39,564 nt of DNA from Myxococcota bacterium. Lineage in GTDB: Bacteria; Myxococcota_A; Polyangia; Polyangiales; Sandaracinaceae. The DNA lies in the NCBI GenBank assembly GCA_036149055.1, contig JAYZQJ010000029.1:1-39564 (forward strand), in the 5' to 3' direction. The notes beneath the pieces are model-generated. The model worked only from the letters and a program-made list of their open reading frames with translations, ran no database searches and had not been told where the DNA came from. Below are positions 39,073 through 39,564 of the stretch, in pieces. Position numbers and translations under genes: made by a program. How positions within the stretch are numbered: position 1 is the first letter of the stretch; each line of letters opens with the position of its first letter.

Positions 39073-39564
39073 TCAGTCGCGCGCGCGCTGCACGATGGTG
39101 TCGGCGAGGGACATCGCCGAGTCGGCGTCCTTGCCGGCCGAGACCGCCGCGACGACCAGAGCCCGCCAGAAGTCCTTCTCGCCTCCGCCGTTGAGCGCGA
39201 CGCCGGGCGCGCCCATGCCGGGCGAAGGCGCGCCACCGGACGACGAGCCGGCCGAGGGGGTCGGCGCGGCGGCCGGGCCGGAGCCCTCCGACGACGAGAC
39301 CACCCGGGGCGAGGGCGCGGAGCTCTCCTCCTGCGGCTCCTCGTCGAGCGGGAAGCGCTCGGCCGAGGGCGACGGCGCGGGGGCCGGGGCCGGGCCGGGC
39401 GACGGCGCGGGGGCCGGAGCCGGGCCGGGCGAGGGCGCCGGAGCGGGCGACATCTGCGCCGGCGAGGGCGCGGGGCCCGGCGACGGCGCGGGGGCCGGAG
39501 ACGGCGCGGGGGCCGGGGCCGGCGACATCTGCGCCGGCGAAGGAGCGGGGGCCGGGGCCGGGCC
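39073..39564 (-). CDS. 3' part of a Pro/Ala-rich protein (truncated by the window edge)
   Basis: Frame is open to the window end, with PAPAPSP(G/A) tandem repeats and a short helical C-terminus DFWRALVVAAV. Confidence 0.7.
   Translation of the reverse strand, partial: GPAPAPAPSPAQMSPAPAPAPSPAPAPSPGPAPSPAQMSPAPAPSPGPAPAPAPSPGPAPAPAPSPSAERFPLDEEPQEESSAPSPRVVSSSEGSGPAAAPTPSAGSSSGGAPSPGMGAPGVALNGGGEKDFWRALVVAAVSAGKDADSAMSLADTIVQRARD

Noticed and set aside
39340..39564. Non-coding tandem repeat or VNTR element
   Set aside because: The repeats are in frame and encode a PAPAPSP linker.

Overview
Very GC-rich bacterial DNA. The gene content (LxGC lipoproteins, Cys-rich NCGACG-repeat proteins, ECF sigma/TPR anti-sigma pair, Ser/Thr kinase) suggests Myxococcota, Polyangiales/Sandaracinus-like; this is an inference. 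About 33 real CDS can be separated from many GC-shadow ORFs. They include a stand-alone NFACT-R protein, arsC-like + arsR, an Hsp70-family fusion, TetR + a 3-gene ABC exporter, two paralogous Cys-rich lipoproteins, an atypical cbb3 oxidase cluster (ccoN-ccoO-cytochrome c-ccoI), an ECF/anti-sigma pair, a di-heme (DHOR-like)/AhpD/glutaredoxin redox cluster, a frameshifted FAD oxidoreductase and a kinase. The most striking non-coding structure is a ~870 bp array of a 16-nt repeat (TCTCTGCCGAATCGAG, both orientations, with a higher-order duplication) beside a Y1/HUH RAYT-like transposase; the whole 1.8 kb unit is bounded by perfect 20-bp inverted repeats. A second notable item is a compositionally atypical, degenerate endonuclease I-like lipoprotein gene bracketed by inverted repeats. 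All family calls come from motif recognition by eye; no searches were run.
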